Part shown: positions 1-10,532 of the stretch, piece after piece | How the letters are laid out: the number at the start of each line of letters is the position of its first letter | Numbering within the stretch: the stretch's first letter is position 1 | From: a virus | Strand: one strand, 5' to 3' | Length of the DNA stretch: 41,348 nucleotides | IMG/VR virus record: IMGVR_UViG_2622736425_000001 | Made by a program: the position numbers and the translations under genes | Notes under the pieces: generated by a model | The model's database searches: none | Seen by the model: only the letters and a program-made list of their open reading frames with translations | Told to the model about the DNA's origin: nothing

Positions 1-1899
1 ATGAAAGAAAAAATGGGAATATATCAAAGATATAATTTAGGTCCTCAACATTATCACAGTTATTTTGAGTTCGATTTCAAGAATAAAAAGGCACAACTCA
101 TATCTCAAGACATTACAGAAGATTTCAGAAAAGATAATGCTTTAATTTATACTGATGATTCTAATTTAAAAATTGCAAATTCCCTTTTAATTGCAGAAGA
201 AAATAAAATTTTTGATTTGAATGAAGATGATTGTCAAAAACTTTATTCTGAATTTGATAAAATTAAATATTCTCATGATGAAGAAATTCCTGGAATCTGG
301 CAATTGAGTAACATTACATTTAGTGAAAAAAATTTTTATGATGATGCACCTGAAATATTTAAAATTCATGAAAGCAATTATCAATATGTCAATAATTATC
401 CAAAAAATTGGATTCCATTAGGCAATTTAATTATTGATTTATTGGGCTTTGATTTGTTAAATATTAATTTAAATAATTTAATCACTCCATTATATTATAA
501 TATAACTTCAGAAGGGGTTTATGAAAAACAAACAAATAATAAACTGAATTTAAAAAAATTAAATTTTAATATTGTTTCTTTTGAAGAACCATTCAATCCT
601 TTTAATTTTTCTATCGATTCAGAAGATAGTGATTTTGAAAAGATTATTGAACTATTGGAAGATTATGGCGTTTATAAATGGTATGATAAAGATTACGCTG
701 AAAATATAATTGAAAGCGATGATTTCAATGATTTTAAAGGAAATTCATGGTTCATCGAATTAATATTTGAAAATGGTAGAGTTTTGAATTTAAGAGGAGA
801 TAATGCTTATCCAGACACTTATATTCATTTGGGAAACGAAATTTTAAACTTTAAAGAGGATTTGTTAAGAATTAATGAAATAGATAAAGAACAGCAAAAT
901 TTCATTAAATCCTTTGGTGAAAATAAATTAGCTAAAAAAAGGAATATAATCAAAAAAATTGAAATTTCTCAAACTATTCTTTTAGATGATAGAAAACATT
1001 ATGAGTTCACTTTAGATTGTGAAAATTCTGTTATTATACCTTATGATAATTATGATCTTTATGAACCTCGTGAACACATTTCTAGAGACTTATCTAAAAA
1101 GAATTATTCTGTTTCAAAATTATTCTATGAAAATATTGTCAAAGAAGAAATCAAATTAGATGAACAAAAATTAGATAATTTCTTAAATGAAATTAATGAA
1201 TTAAAATTCATTGATGAGAAGCCACACATGTGGTTTTATGATAAAAATTATTATCAGAATCTTATCACTATTCACACTCCCATGGGTGAGAAATCATATA
1301 ATTTAACTAACAACTATGAGCTTTGGAAAAAATTAGGTAGTTTATTTGAAGAATTGCTAGGCTTTGATGTATTAAATATTAAAAACTTTAAAAATATAAT
1401 AAATCCATTTGATTATGATATTTGTAATGATGGTGTTTATGATAAAGAAACGGGGGATAAATTATCATTAGAATATATTGAATATGGGCATGAGGCAGTT
1501 TTACATTTTGGTATAGGTTATAATATCTATGTTGATTTATTAAAAGGAACCACCTCCGGTTTAATTGAAAAAGATGATTTAAGTAATGATGAAATTGAAA
1601 AAATAGTATCTCTTCTTGAAAAGAACCGTGTGTATGAATGGGTTTTTGATGAATTTTGGAATAAAGCCATATATCATAAATGGTGTGGTTTTGATGGATA
1701 TAATTGGTATTTAAGTTTAGTTTTTGAAGGAAATAAAGTTTTAAATATTGGTGATGGGAATGATTATCCCGATACTTTTGTCAACTTGGCAGAAGAGGTT
1801 ATAGAGTTCAGTGGTAAAGATATACTTAAATTAAAAACAGTATATGAAGATGATATTAAAATCTATAAAAAATATGCTGAATTACATTTAAACGGTTAA
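1..1899 (+). CDS. Hypothetical protein with an internal duplication (may be 5'-truncated by the window)
   Basis: Two copies of the block W..LG.L...LLGFD.LNI...I.P..Y.I...GVY.K.T..KL...LLE...VY.W...W...L.FE...VLN....N.YPDT...L..E (about aa 135-295 and 440-625). Confidence 0.75.
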   Translation: MKEKMGIYQRYNLGPQHYHSYFEFDFKNKKAQLISQDITEDFRKDNALIYTDDSNLKIANSLLIAEENKIFDLNEDDCQKLYSEFDKIKYSHDEEIPGIWQLSNITFSEKNFYDDAPEIFKIHESNYQYVNNYPKNWIPLGNLIIDLLGFDLLNINLNNLITPLYYNITSEGVYEKQTNNKLNLKKLNFNIVSFEEPFNPFNFSIDSEDSDFEKIIELLEDYGVYKWYDKDYAENIIESDDFNDFKGNSWFIELIFENGRVLNLRGDNAYPDTYIHLGNEILNFKEDLLRINEIDKEQQNFIKSFGENKLAKKRNIIKKIEISQTILLDDRKHYEFTLDCENSVIIPYDNYDLYEPREHISRDLSKKNYSVSKLFYENIVKEEIKLDEQKLDNFLNEINELKFIDEKPHMWFYDKNYYQNLITIHTPMGEKSYNLTNNYELWKKLGSLFEELLGFDVLNIKNFKNIINPFDYDICNDGVYDKETGDKLSLEYIEYGHEAVLHFGIGYNIYVDLLKGTTSGLIEKDDLSNDEIEKIVSLLEKNRVYEWVFDEFWNKAIYHKWCGFDGYNWYLSLVFEGNKVLNIGDGNDYPDTFVNLAEEVIEFSGKDILKLKTVYEDDIKIYKKYAELHLNG

Positions 1900-1914
1900 A
1901 AAAATTTTTCAGAA

Positions 1915-3632
1915 GTGTGTGTGAAAACAATGCAATGTTATAATTGTAACGGTATTTATAATGATTATTTAAGCTATTGTCCATATTGCGGTATTGAGAA
2001 AGTAGAATTTAATGTATGTAGCAATTGTGAAGAAAAACTTACTAAAGATATTTTAGTTTGTCCAAAATGTGGTGGAAAACCAATTGAAGAAACAAACGAA
2101 ATGAAATCTGATAGGTTGAATAGAGAAGGTTTGATGCATGGTATGACAAGTAGTCCCAGTGATTATTTTAATGAAGCTATAAAGTTTAATAAATATAATA
2201 TTGATGCTTGGGTGAATAAATCAGAATTTTTGAATGATCGCACAATGCATAAAGCTAAAAAATGTTGTGATGCAGGTTTAAAAATTAATAAAGATAATAT
2301 GAAGTTATTATTATCTAAATCAAAAGCTCTTAAAAAAGATGAACGTAGGAGCGATGAGAATAATGCGGAGATTATCTTAAATAATCTTTTAAAAAGATGT
2401 AATCAAGAACTTCAAGAAAATGAATTAAATGAAGAGATTTGGATTTTGAAAGGCGAAGTATTAAATGAACTTGATAAAAAAGAAGATGCAATCGAATGTT
2501 ATTCTAAAGCTCTTGAAATAAATCCTAAAAATGAAGAATTATGGATACGAAAAGCATTCTTATGTTATTTAAATAATGATTATTATTGTGAAATAGAGTC
2601 TTACAAAAAAGCTATTGAATTGAATCCAACAAATGAGAAATACTATGAAAAAATTGGAGATGTTTATCATCTTTATATTCATGATAATGAAAAGGCAATT
2701 GAATATTATAATAAATCTTTAGAACTAAATCCTGATAATAAACAGCTATGGGATACAAAAGGGCGTTTAGAAAAAGAAATTGGAAAATATGAAGAAGCAC
2801 TAAAAAGTTTTACTGTAGATGCTGAATTAAATCCTATCATGATGGAGCATTATTATCTAAAGCAGAAGTATTTTGTGAATTAAATCGTTTTGAAGAAGCA
2901 ATTGAATGTTATGATGCTGCATTAAAAATCTTTTCAACTGGTTATGCTAGAAATTTTAAAGCAGATGCATTAATTGAATTAGAAAGATATGATGATGCTT
3001 TAGAAGTCTATGATGAAACTATTAATGAAGAGCCAGATTATGATGAAGCTTATTTGAAAAAAGGCAGGCTATTGCATAATTTAGGAAGATTTGAAGAGGA
3101 AGTTAACTGTTATGATTTGTTAATTAATAAGGATGATCATATTTATCATTTCTATAAACAAGCTAAATTGTCTAAAGCTATTGCATTATCAAAATTTGAT
3201 AAAGAAAAATCTAAAAATTGCTTTAATGAACTTTTAGAAGATTGTAATAATTCTTTAGAGATATTTCCTGATGATGCAGAATATTTAGAAAGAAAAGCAG
3301 ATATACTTTATTTTTCAGGAAATCTAGAAGAGGCATTTGAATGGTATGACAAAACATTAAAATGTGATAATGTAAATAATAAAGAAGCGATAATTTCTTC
3401 AAAAGGTTGTATTCTATATGATTTGAAAGAATATGAAAGAGCTATTGAATATTTTGATGAAGCACTTGAAATTTCTGATTTTTTCTATGCATTTCAATAT
3501 AAAGGCTATTGTTTAGAAGAACTAAATAGATATGATGAAGCGATGAAATGTTATAATAAATGTTTGGAAATTGAACCTAGAAATAAAGAGATACAACTTA
3601 AAAAATCTGAATTAATGGAAAAAATAAAATAA
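1915..3632 (+). pseudogene. Zinc-ribbon + TPR protein split by a 1-bp frameshift near 2836 (ORFs 1915-2883 and 3054-3632)
   Basis: N-terminal CxxC pairs and TPR motifs. The second frame is open from about 2841 (DGALLSKAEVFCELNRFEEAIECYDAALK...) and runs into the 3054 ORF. Confidence 0.8.
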
Positions 3633-3893
3633 TTCATTTTGAATAGTTAAATCTCTATTTAACTTTAAATTAATTAATTTCTTATTTTTTTCTTTCTATT
3701 TTTATTAATAGCTATTTTTTTTATTGTAAATGAATTTTATTCATAATTTTGTTGTCTGTCCATGATTTAACCCTATAATATTATTTATTATAGTAAACTT
3801 TTTATGAAATAATTTTAACTGGAGCAGATTAAAATATAATATATATTTATATAAAATAAGTAATAAAATATATAATAAATAATATAATAAAAA

Positions 3894-4865
3894 GTGATAA
3901 TGATGAGGCATGAACTTTTTGAAGTTGGATCCTATGATTATTCTGACTTGGATGATAGACTTGACAAACCGGTAATATGGAGCGAAGATGATCTAAAGCT
4001 AATAGCTGAAAACTATAGGGGAGGAATTCCGTTAACTTCAGAGCATGACAATATCTACGTAGGCATCGGAAACAATATTGAATATGAGAAAGGAAAGCTA
4101 TTCATTGAAGTTCCGGACGAACTGGATATGGAATGAAAAGGATTATCTCCTAAAGTTGATGTCTTATTAAAAGATAAAGGAGATTCATTTGGAATTGATA
4201 CTATGAGCTTAATAGATGTCGGTGTAACTAAAAACCCTAGAAAAATTACCTTATTGAATTCTGAAATAACCGGAAATACTGGTGCAACAGGAAATCCAAA
4301 TCCCGCACCACAAGGACAACCTCAGCCTGCACCTAGCAAAGATGCTAATGTCGCAACCAGCTTGCTTTTAGAAAAGCTTCAAGGCAAGGATGTAGAGATT
4401 GGAAAGCTTCAGGATGAAATAAATAATCTAAAAGAAGAATCTAAAAAATATGATGAAATTAAAAAAGCTATTGAAGAAAATAAGGAATTTATAGATTCTA
4501 AAGATGATATTCTAAAAGAATTATCTGAACTGCGAAAAGCTGAAAATGAAAGGAAAATAAAAGAATACGAAGCTAAATATAACTTCAACTATAATGAAAA
4601 CGCCCAAGATAAAGAGATAATTGATAAGCTATTATCTGGTGATGTTGATATGGAATTAATGGAAAAGCTGGCTGAAAGAAGAATTAAAATTGAAGCTAGT
4701 AATGATGGTTCAACACCTGGTGGTCGCAACCCTTCAAACTCCGGTGATGTAGGTGAAACCGGTGAAACCGGCAGCACTGGAAATGAAGATGCACCATCTT
4801 TTACAACTCGTGAAGAATATAATAAGATATTGAAAGATATGGGTTTTAATCGTACCAGAATTTAG
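3894..4865 (+). pseudogene. Mu gpI-like prohead protease/scaffold, interrupted by an in-frame TGA at 4134-4136
   Basis: ORFs 3894-4136 and 4203-4865 share a frame and 4137-4202 is open (KGLSPKVDVLLKDKGDSFGIDT). Motifs LTSEH ... LSP ... DVGVTKNP resemble Mu-type proteases. These are followed by a Pro/Gln linker, coiled coil and a short C-terminal helix, as in scaffolds. Confidence 0.7.
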
Positions 4866-4995
4866 CAATGATGGTGTTTTATTGCTTTTCACCGGAGCTA
4901 AAATTTTTGATATGTAGGAAAACTCGTTATTCATTGGGGAAGTGTTAGGTGTTTTCACTTCTCCTAAAATATCGTGCATTGAAACCCTTAATGCC

Positions 4996-5250
4996 TAATT
5001 AAAGGGGGACAAGCCCCCTTTTAATTACCCACGAATGCCAATGCAAACAAAATAAAGTTTACCAAACTTAACCCCGAACCGACCGCTAAAGGGTCGGTTC
5101 TTAAATTTGACAAATTCATCTATTCCAAATCTAAAACCGGAACAGGGGAACAAGCCCCTGTTCCTCGAGCTTGACAAAGCAATTATTGTTAGGTCTATAG
5201 TATGGCCTTTCGCTTACGCTCAAGGCGTCCAGTCCTCCCTTCGGTCGGAC
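4996..5250. other. Cluster of GC-rich stem-loops (origin/pac/ncRNA-like)
   Basis: Hairpins at 4996-5027 (GGGGG-ACAAG-CCCCC core), 5076-5100 (9-bp perfect stem), 5139-5164 (10-bp perfect stem, loop AACAAG), 5205-5226 and 5227-5250. Confidence 0.8.
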
Positions 5251-5421
5251 GGAACATAATCTTTTATTAGTTGTTTAATAACATAGATGCAGGTAATTGA
5301 TATAATATAAAATAATTTATGTTGTTATAGTTTGATAAAGTCTTTTTTAAATTTCAATGCCAACTATTAACAATGAAAAATATACATATTATATGATATA
5401 AACAAGTTTAACATAAATTAG

Positions 5422-7389
5422 GTGTTTTTCGTGGTTTCAAATAATATTTTTATCTCACCAATTGAGTTTAAAGATTGGGAAAATTGGAAAAACAAAATAA
5501 ATAATTCAAATGATAATGAAGAGCTATGCCATATTGCAGAAACAGATCGTGAATGGTATATTCGTGCTTTAGCTGTTAATAAAATAAATGATGAATCAAT
5601 ATTGGCAGATATTGCAATTAATAATTCTAATTCGTATATATGTAGGTTAGCAGTTAGTAAAGTTCAAAATGATGAATTATTAAAAGAGATTGTAGATAAA
5701 TCTCCAATATATGAAGTTTGGGAGGATGCATTATCTCAGATTGATGATGAATATATATTAATGGATTTTGCAGAAAATGGAAGAGATTTCCATATTAAAT
5801 GGCATGCAATTAAAAAAATTAAAAATGAAAATTTGCTAGTTAATTTTGTTAAAAAAAGATTAAAACATACACGAAAAGATTTTATAGACAAATCCAAATC
5901 ATTTGATGAATCACGTGAATATTCATTATGTACGATTGCTGTAGAAAACATTCATGATGAGTCATTATTAAAAGAAATTGTAATAAATGATTATAATCAA
6001 GCTATGGGCATTGAAGCTCTAAAAAATATACATAATCAAGAATTTTTAATTGATGTGGCTTTAAATAATTATGATGTGCATTATAAGTTATCTGCGATAA
6101 GAAATATTACAAATGATGATGTTTTAATAGATATTGCAAAAAATCACCCTCAACGATTTGTTCGAGAAAAAGCTATAGAAAAAATATCTAATCAAGCTAT
6201 TGCAACAGATATAATCGCAAATGATCATGAAATTGAAGTAGATAAATTAGATATTCAACATATTGATGATAGTTTATTATTTAATCTTGTTAAAAAAGAT
6301 AATAATTGGCTTCGCAGGACATATTTTGTTAAAGCTATTCAAAATACAGATTATTTAAAAGAAGTAGTATGTAATGATGTGGATAGTCATGTTTGTAAAG
6401 CTGCCGTTGAAAAAATTCATGATGAGTCATTTTTAAAAGATTTAGTTAATCGTGATTTTAGTTCAGAAGCATTTGCTTGGGATGTAATACCGGCTGCTTT
6501 AAAAAATATTCATGATGATTCATTTTTAAAAGATATTGTTAACAATACTAAATACGGCCGTTATGCTTTAAAAAATATCACTGATGAATCTTTTTTAATC
6601 CAAATTGCACTAAATTGTCGTGACTCTCATTGTAGAAGTGAAGCGTTGGAAAATATCTATGATGAATCAATTTTAACTCAAATTGCTTTAACTGATCCTC
6701 AGATGCATGTTAGAAGAAAAGCAGTAAGTAAAATCTCTAATGATTTTGCATTAATTAATATTTCCATTATGGATCCTGGTTTTCAAGAATATGATAGACC
6801 ATATTGTGTAATTTATTTGGTTCGCCAAGAGGCAGAGTCCAGATTAAAAGTATTACTTGAAAATCCTGATATAAAAACTAATACTGAATATGTTGATGTT
6901 ATTCAAAGAATTAGATATGAACTTGATGAGAAAAGAAAAACATCAACTCAAAAAGGAATTATACATATACCTTATAATGAAATGAAAGATTTTACTCAAA
7001 ATAAAACAATAATAAAAGAGAAAAATAAAAAAAGAAAGATTACAAAAAACAAAAGGGATGAAAAATCTAATCTGGAAGTCGAAATTAATAAATTACTTGA
7101 AAATTATAAAAATGATGTATTAATTACTATTATATCATTTAATAATAAAAGTTTATTTAAAAAGGGTTCTATTTTTAATATTGTAAAAGAACCAGATAAT
7201 CCATATGATATGGAGGCCATTGCTGTTAAATCTGATAATATAACAATAGCATATGTTGCAAATAGTGTTCGTACTGTTGTAAAAGGTACTATGAGTGCAG
7301 GTAGAATTTATGATAAATTTGGTGAAGATTGTGAAATTGAAGTTATTTTTGTTAGAGATCAAATTATAGCAAAATTAATCTTTGATTAG
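5422..7389 (+). CDS. HEAT-like repeat protein with a C-terminal HIRAN domain
   Basis: Many ~25-aa repeats of the form A(V/L)xNIxDExxLxxIAxND. The C-terminus KEPDNPYDMEAIAV...IAYVANS is the HIRAN signature. Confidence 0.75.
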   Translation: MFFVVSNNIFISPIEFKDWENWKNKINNSNDNEELCHIAETDREWYIRALAVNKINDESILADIAINNSNSYICRLAVSKVQNDELLKEIVDKSPIYEVWEDALSQIDDEYILMDFAENGRDFHIKWHAIKKIKNENLLVNFVKKRLKHTRKDFIDKSKSFDESREYSLCTIAVENIHDESLLKEIVINDYNQAMGIEALKNIHNQEFLIDVALNNYDVHYKLSAIRNITNDDVLIDIAKNHPQRFVREKAIEKISNQAIATDIIANDHEIEVDKLDIQHIDDSLLFNLVKKDNNWLRRTYFVKAIQNTDYLKEVVCNDVDSHVCKAAVEKIHDESFLKDLVNRDFSSEAFAWDVIPAALKNIHDDSFLKDIVNNTKYGRYALKNITDESFLIQIALNCRDSHCRSEALENIYDESILTQIALTDPQMHVRRKAVSKISNDFALINISIMDPGFQEYDRPYCVIYLVRQEAESRLKVLLENPDIKTNTEYVDVIQRIRYELDEKRKTSTQKGIIHIPYNEMKDFTQNKTIIKEKNKKRKITKNKRDEKSNLEVEINKLLENYKNDVLITIISFNNKSLFKKGSIFNIVKEPDNPYDMEAIAVKSDNITIAYVANSVRTVVKGTMSAGRIYDKFGEDCEIEVIFVRDQIIAKLIFD

Positions 7390-7662
7390 TTATTTGTGCA
7401 AGGTTAAAACATCATATAATGAATAGTAATTATCCTCACATAAACTAATATTGCATTCATTAGATTTATTGAGATAACCAATATCAATTAATTTGTTGAT
7501 TAATGCATCAAATTCTAAATCATTCAATCCATAATTCCTCATTTTATTTTTTAATTTTTCAATTTTAATGCCTTTTTCATCCTGTGAATCATTAATATAA
7601 TAACTTAATTTACCTATTATCTTTATAACATAATGGTTTTGTCTAGTAAAATGGATAATCAA
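7390..7662 (-). CDS. Small winged-helix-like ORF, possibly the frameshifted tail of the upstream TPR gene
   Basis: No clear start or RBS. It overlaps the end of 7643-8659, and removing one T in CCATTTTACTAG fuses the two. Confidence 0.35.
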   Translation of the reverse strand: MIIHFTRQNHYVIKIIGKLSYYINDSQDEKGIKIEKLKNKMRNYGLNDLEFDALINKLIDIGYLNKSNECNISLCEDNYYSLYDVLTLHK

Positions 7663-8659
7663 TTTTTAATCCATTGAATCTAAAGTTAAATTCTTCATCG
7701 CATTTTTTACAATAATGTGTAGGACTAGATTCATCAACGGAACATCCACCAACAATAATATTGCCCTTTTCTTGTTCTTCAAATACTTCATCACCTACAA
7801 CGAGCCCATAAATTATCGGAGTTAATTTTCCACCACATTTTGAACAGTTTGTAGTTTCAAATTTATGTTCTATTTTTGAAATCCATTCAAGATAAAATTC
7901 ATTAATGTATGAATAGTCATCAATAGATAATTTAAGTAGCATGCGTTTAATAGCATCAACAGAGTCAGTATCGAACTCTTTATGATCAGTTTCTTCAATT
8001 TCAAATCCTTTTTTATAACACCATAAAGCAGTTTCATATTCTTCTTTTTCCTCAAATCTAAAACCTAATGCCTGATAATCTGTGGAAGTAATATCATCAG
8101 TATTTTCTAAATTTTTACAGAATTCTAATGTATCGTATATTCTGTCTGAAGTATAATATACATACCATTTGTCTTGAATAAGATCTTTGTTATTTTTATC
8201 TATACTTAATGCAATATCATAAATTTTCAAAGATTCATCATATCTATGTGAAAAACATAAGTTATGGCCTGTGAACTCTAAAAGATCCAAATCATCTGGT
8301 CTAATCTTTAATAATTTATAACAGTATATGATTGCTTCATTGCGCTTATTATTATTGCCATATAATTTTGCTTTATCAAACCATGCATCATAATTTTCTA
8401 TATTCATTGAATAAATGCATTTAAAAAATTCATCGTAATTGTCAGAGTATTTTTTCAAACAGTTTGATAGTATTTCATCATACCATTTGAAATGTGATTC
8501 ATTGGAATTATTTTTAAATTCGTTACTGGCTTTTAAAACCTTTTTATAATATTCAAAAGATTGTTTATATTTTTTTCTTTTATAAAATCTCAGAGCTTTC
8601 CTTTCCAAATAAAAAAATTCCTCTTTAATTTCCTGATTTTTGTTAATAATGTTTAACAT
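7643..8659 (-). CDS. TPR protein with a C-terminal zinc ribbon
   Basis: TPR-like helices followed by CSKCGG...PIIYG...GGC....PTHYCKKC. Confidence 0.75.
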   Translation of the reverse strand: MLNIINKNQEIKEEFFYLERKALRFYKRKKYKQSFEYYKKVLKASNEFKNNSNESHFKWYDEILSNCLKKYSDNYDEFFKCIYSMNIENYDAWFDKAKLYGNNNKRNEAIIYCYKLLKIRPDDLDLLEFTGHNLCFSHRYDESLKIYDIALSIDKNNKDLIQDKWYVYYTSDRIYDTLEFCKNLENTDDITSTDYQALGFRFEEKEEYETALWCYKKGFEIEETDHKEFDTDSVDAIKRMLLKLSIDDYSYINEFYLEWISKIEHKFETTNCSKCGGKLTPIIYGLVVGDEVFEEQEKGNIIVGGCSVDESSPTHYCKKCDEEFNFRFNGLKIDYPFY

Positions 8660-8798
8660 ATTTCACCGAACAATTGCTATGATTATATTTTTTGTTGGTA
8701 ATTTTTAATTAATTTTACTTTCAAATAAATTATAAAAAATATGTTTATTATTTTATTTATTATATAATTTATATAAAAAGGATAATAAAATATTAATC

Positions 8799-10466
8799 AT
8801 GACATTGCAGAAAAAATTACAAATCAATATTGTCATGAGCAATTACAACCAGAGGAGCAGTAGCTATTCATCCGGCCATGATTATATCTTCCTGGATAAT
8901 TTAGCCAGCAGTTCTTACTCCAATTATTTCAGAAGTGATTTGAAAAACCTGAAGATCAAAACTTCCAATGGTACTGAATGTCAGGTAGTATACATTCCAT
9001 CTTATGGATCACAAGGCGCAGCAATACTTGCAAGGGTTTCTGTTGGTCAGATTTCACAAAACACAAAGCTACTCTTGGACGTTCATGATACAGGAACAGC
9101 ATTCGCAAGCACTTTATCAACTGGTAATGAAGTTTTAATGTTTGATGCAAATAATGATACATACTCACAATTTTTCATGAACTACTCCGGTTTATCATCA
9201 AACAATGACTCAACAGATGGGGGCCAATTTTTAAGAGCTAGATTTGTTCCTAACCTCGAAGGAACTTCTCCAACTGATTTGTTTACCACATTTGCTTCAG
9301 GCCAACCATTAGCCAACAATCGTGTTGTTGTAGCCAGATTCAAATATATTAACGGTAATGTTTTTGTTAATGATAATGCAACATATCACGGTTCAACCAT
9401 TGGAGGCATCATGATGCAAATTGATGGAACTCTCTCACCTGATGAGTCTAATGTAAAGGCTACTGTCAACTATTGGGGTGGGGAAAAAGATTATTGCATG
9501 TTCACTGGTGCTAAGACTTTAGTATTGGCCAGTTCATTTGATGCTTACAATCAGGGAAGTGATGAAGAGGGAAACTGGAAACAATATCATTTTCATAATC
9601 GTGTTGGAACAGGAACATCGAATACATCAGATTATATTGAAGGGTTCAGCAGAAATAATCCAACTAAAATTTATCTTGGGTGTTTTAAAATGATTATTGA
9701 TTATGATGTAAATTCAACAATCGGACATGGCCGTGGATATCCAACAGGCCTTGAACATACAGAGAAAATGGATGTAATAGCTTGTCTTTTAGATGAGGGC
9801 GAAAGAACATATGTTAATGATGAACATACTGCTTGGATTTGTTCCAATCAATGTGCAGTCGGCGATATGGTAACTTTAGATATGTCTTCAACAATGGAAC
9901 ATACAATTGTTAGAAAAGCTCAAGCAGGAGAATTGGCTTTCGGTTATCTTTTAGGTAAAGTCCAGGTTAAGACTTCAGGATTAACATTAGTTGCTGTGGC
10001 CGTGTTAGGTGATGTCTTTAGATTAAAACTCAAAAGGCCAGTGGCTGAAGACATATTGCCGAATACAAGAATCTATATTGACAGTGCCGGTGAATGCAAT
10101 CCGGTTGAAGGCCATGACTTAAGGCTGTTGTCAATCGTTAATCTTCAAAATAATGAGGATACTGATTACATTAGAGTTTATCGTCAGATGTCTGAGGTTG
10201 AAATGTATCGGGAATCTCAGAACTGTATTGATCTTGGAGATTGCAGTTTTGAACAGGATGAGATAACTCACGTTGTTAATATGATCGTGCCTTCAGAGTC
10301 AAACATCATGGCCCAGGCAAATTATGTAAAGGATGCAGACGGTGTCACCTATTGTGAGCTTCCTGATGTAGCTATTGTCAATAACGTCCGTTTCGTATGG
10401 GAAGACAACAAACTCTACATGGAATGGGAAGGATGTGATGATGGCCAAAATGTATATTTTATATAA
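8799..10466 (+). CDS. Putative virion spike/head-fibre protein containing an internal decoration-protein domain
   Basis: Residues encoded at about 9762-10187 align by eye with the 17429-17923 product (LLDEG, VxDxVTL, VLGxxFRLKL, NxRIxxxSxG, YIxVxR). The N-terminus is weakly DUF2341-like. The C-terminus has short beta repeats (FVWEDNKLY). Confidence 0.65.
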   Translation: MTLQKKLQINIVMSNYNQRSSSYSSGHDYIFLDNLASSSYSNYFRSDLKNLKIKTSNGTECQVVYIPSYGSQGAAILARVSVGQISQNTKLLLDVHDTGTAFASTLSTGNEVLMFDANNDTYSQFFMNYSGLSSNNDSTDGGQFLRARFVPNLEGTSPTDLFTTFASGQPLANNRVVVARFKYINGNVFVNDNATYHGSTIGGIMMQIDGTLSPDESNVKATVNYWGGEKDYCMFTGAKTLVLASSFDAYNQGSDEEGNWKQYHFHNRVGTGTSNTSDYIEGFSRNNPTKIYLGCFKMIIDYDVNSTIGHGRGYPTGLEHTEKMDVIACLLDEGERTYVNDEHTAWICSNQCAVGDMVTLDMSSTMEHTIVRKAQAGELAFGYLLGKVQVKTSGLTLVAVAVLGDVFRLKLKRPVAEDILPNTRIYIDSAGECNPVEGHDLRLLSIVNLQNNEDTDYIRVYRQMSEVEMYRESQNCIDLGDCSFEQDEITHVVNMIVPSESNIMAQANYVKDADGVTYCELPDVAIVNNVRFVWEDNKLYMEWEGCDDGQNVYFI

Positions 10467-10532
10467 AATAAATAATAAATAATATAATAAAATATATAAT
10501 AAAAAATATAATATCATAATGAGGTTTATAAC

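Noticed and set aside
4134-4136. TGA recoded as selenocysteine or Trp/Gly (also at 30493)
   Set aside because: TGA is a normal stop for TerS, TerL and the 10533 ORF. Methanobacteriales are not known to use Sec, and no SECIS-like element could be assigned. A point mutation is simpler.
4734-4979. Antisense ORF with an AGGAG RBS, and a similar CTCCTAAAATAT motif at about 19826
   Set aside because: The products overlap capsid-assembly genes on the opposite strand and look non-protein-like. A 12-bp AT-rich match is too weak to support.
4996-5250. tRNA or rRNA fragment as an integration target
   Set aside because: No cloverleaf, T-loop or anticodon arm could be built, and the stems are independent hairpins.
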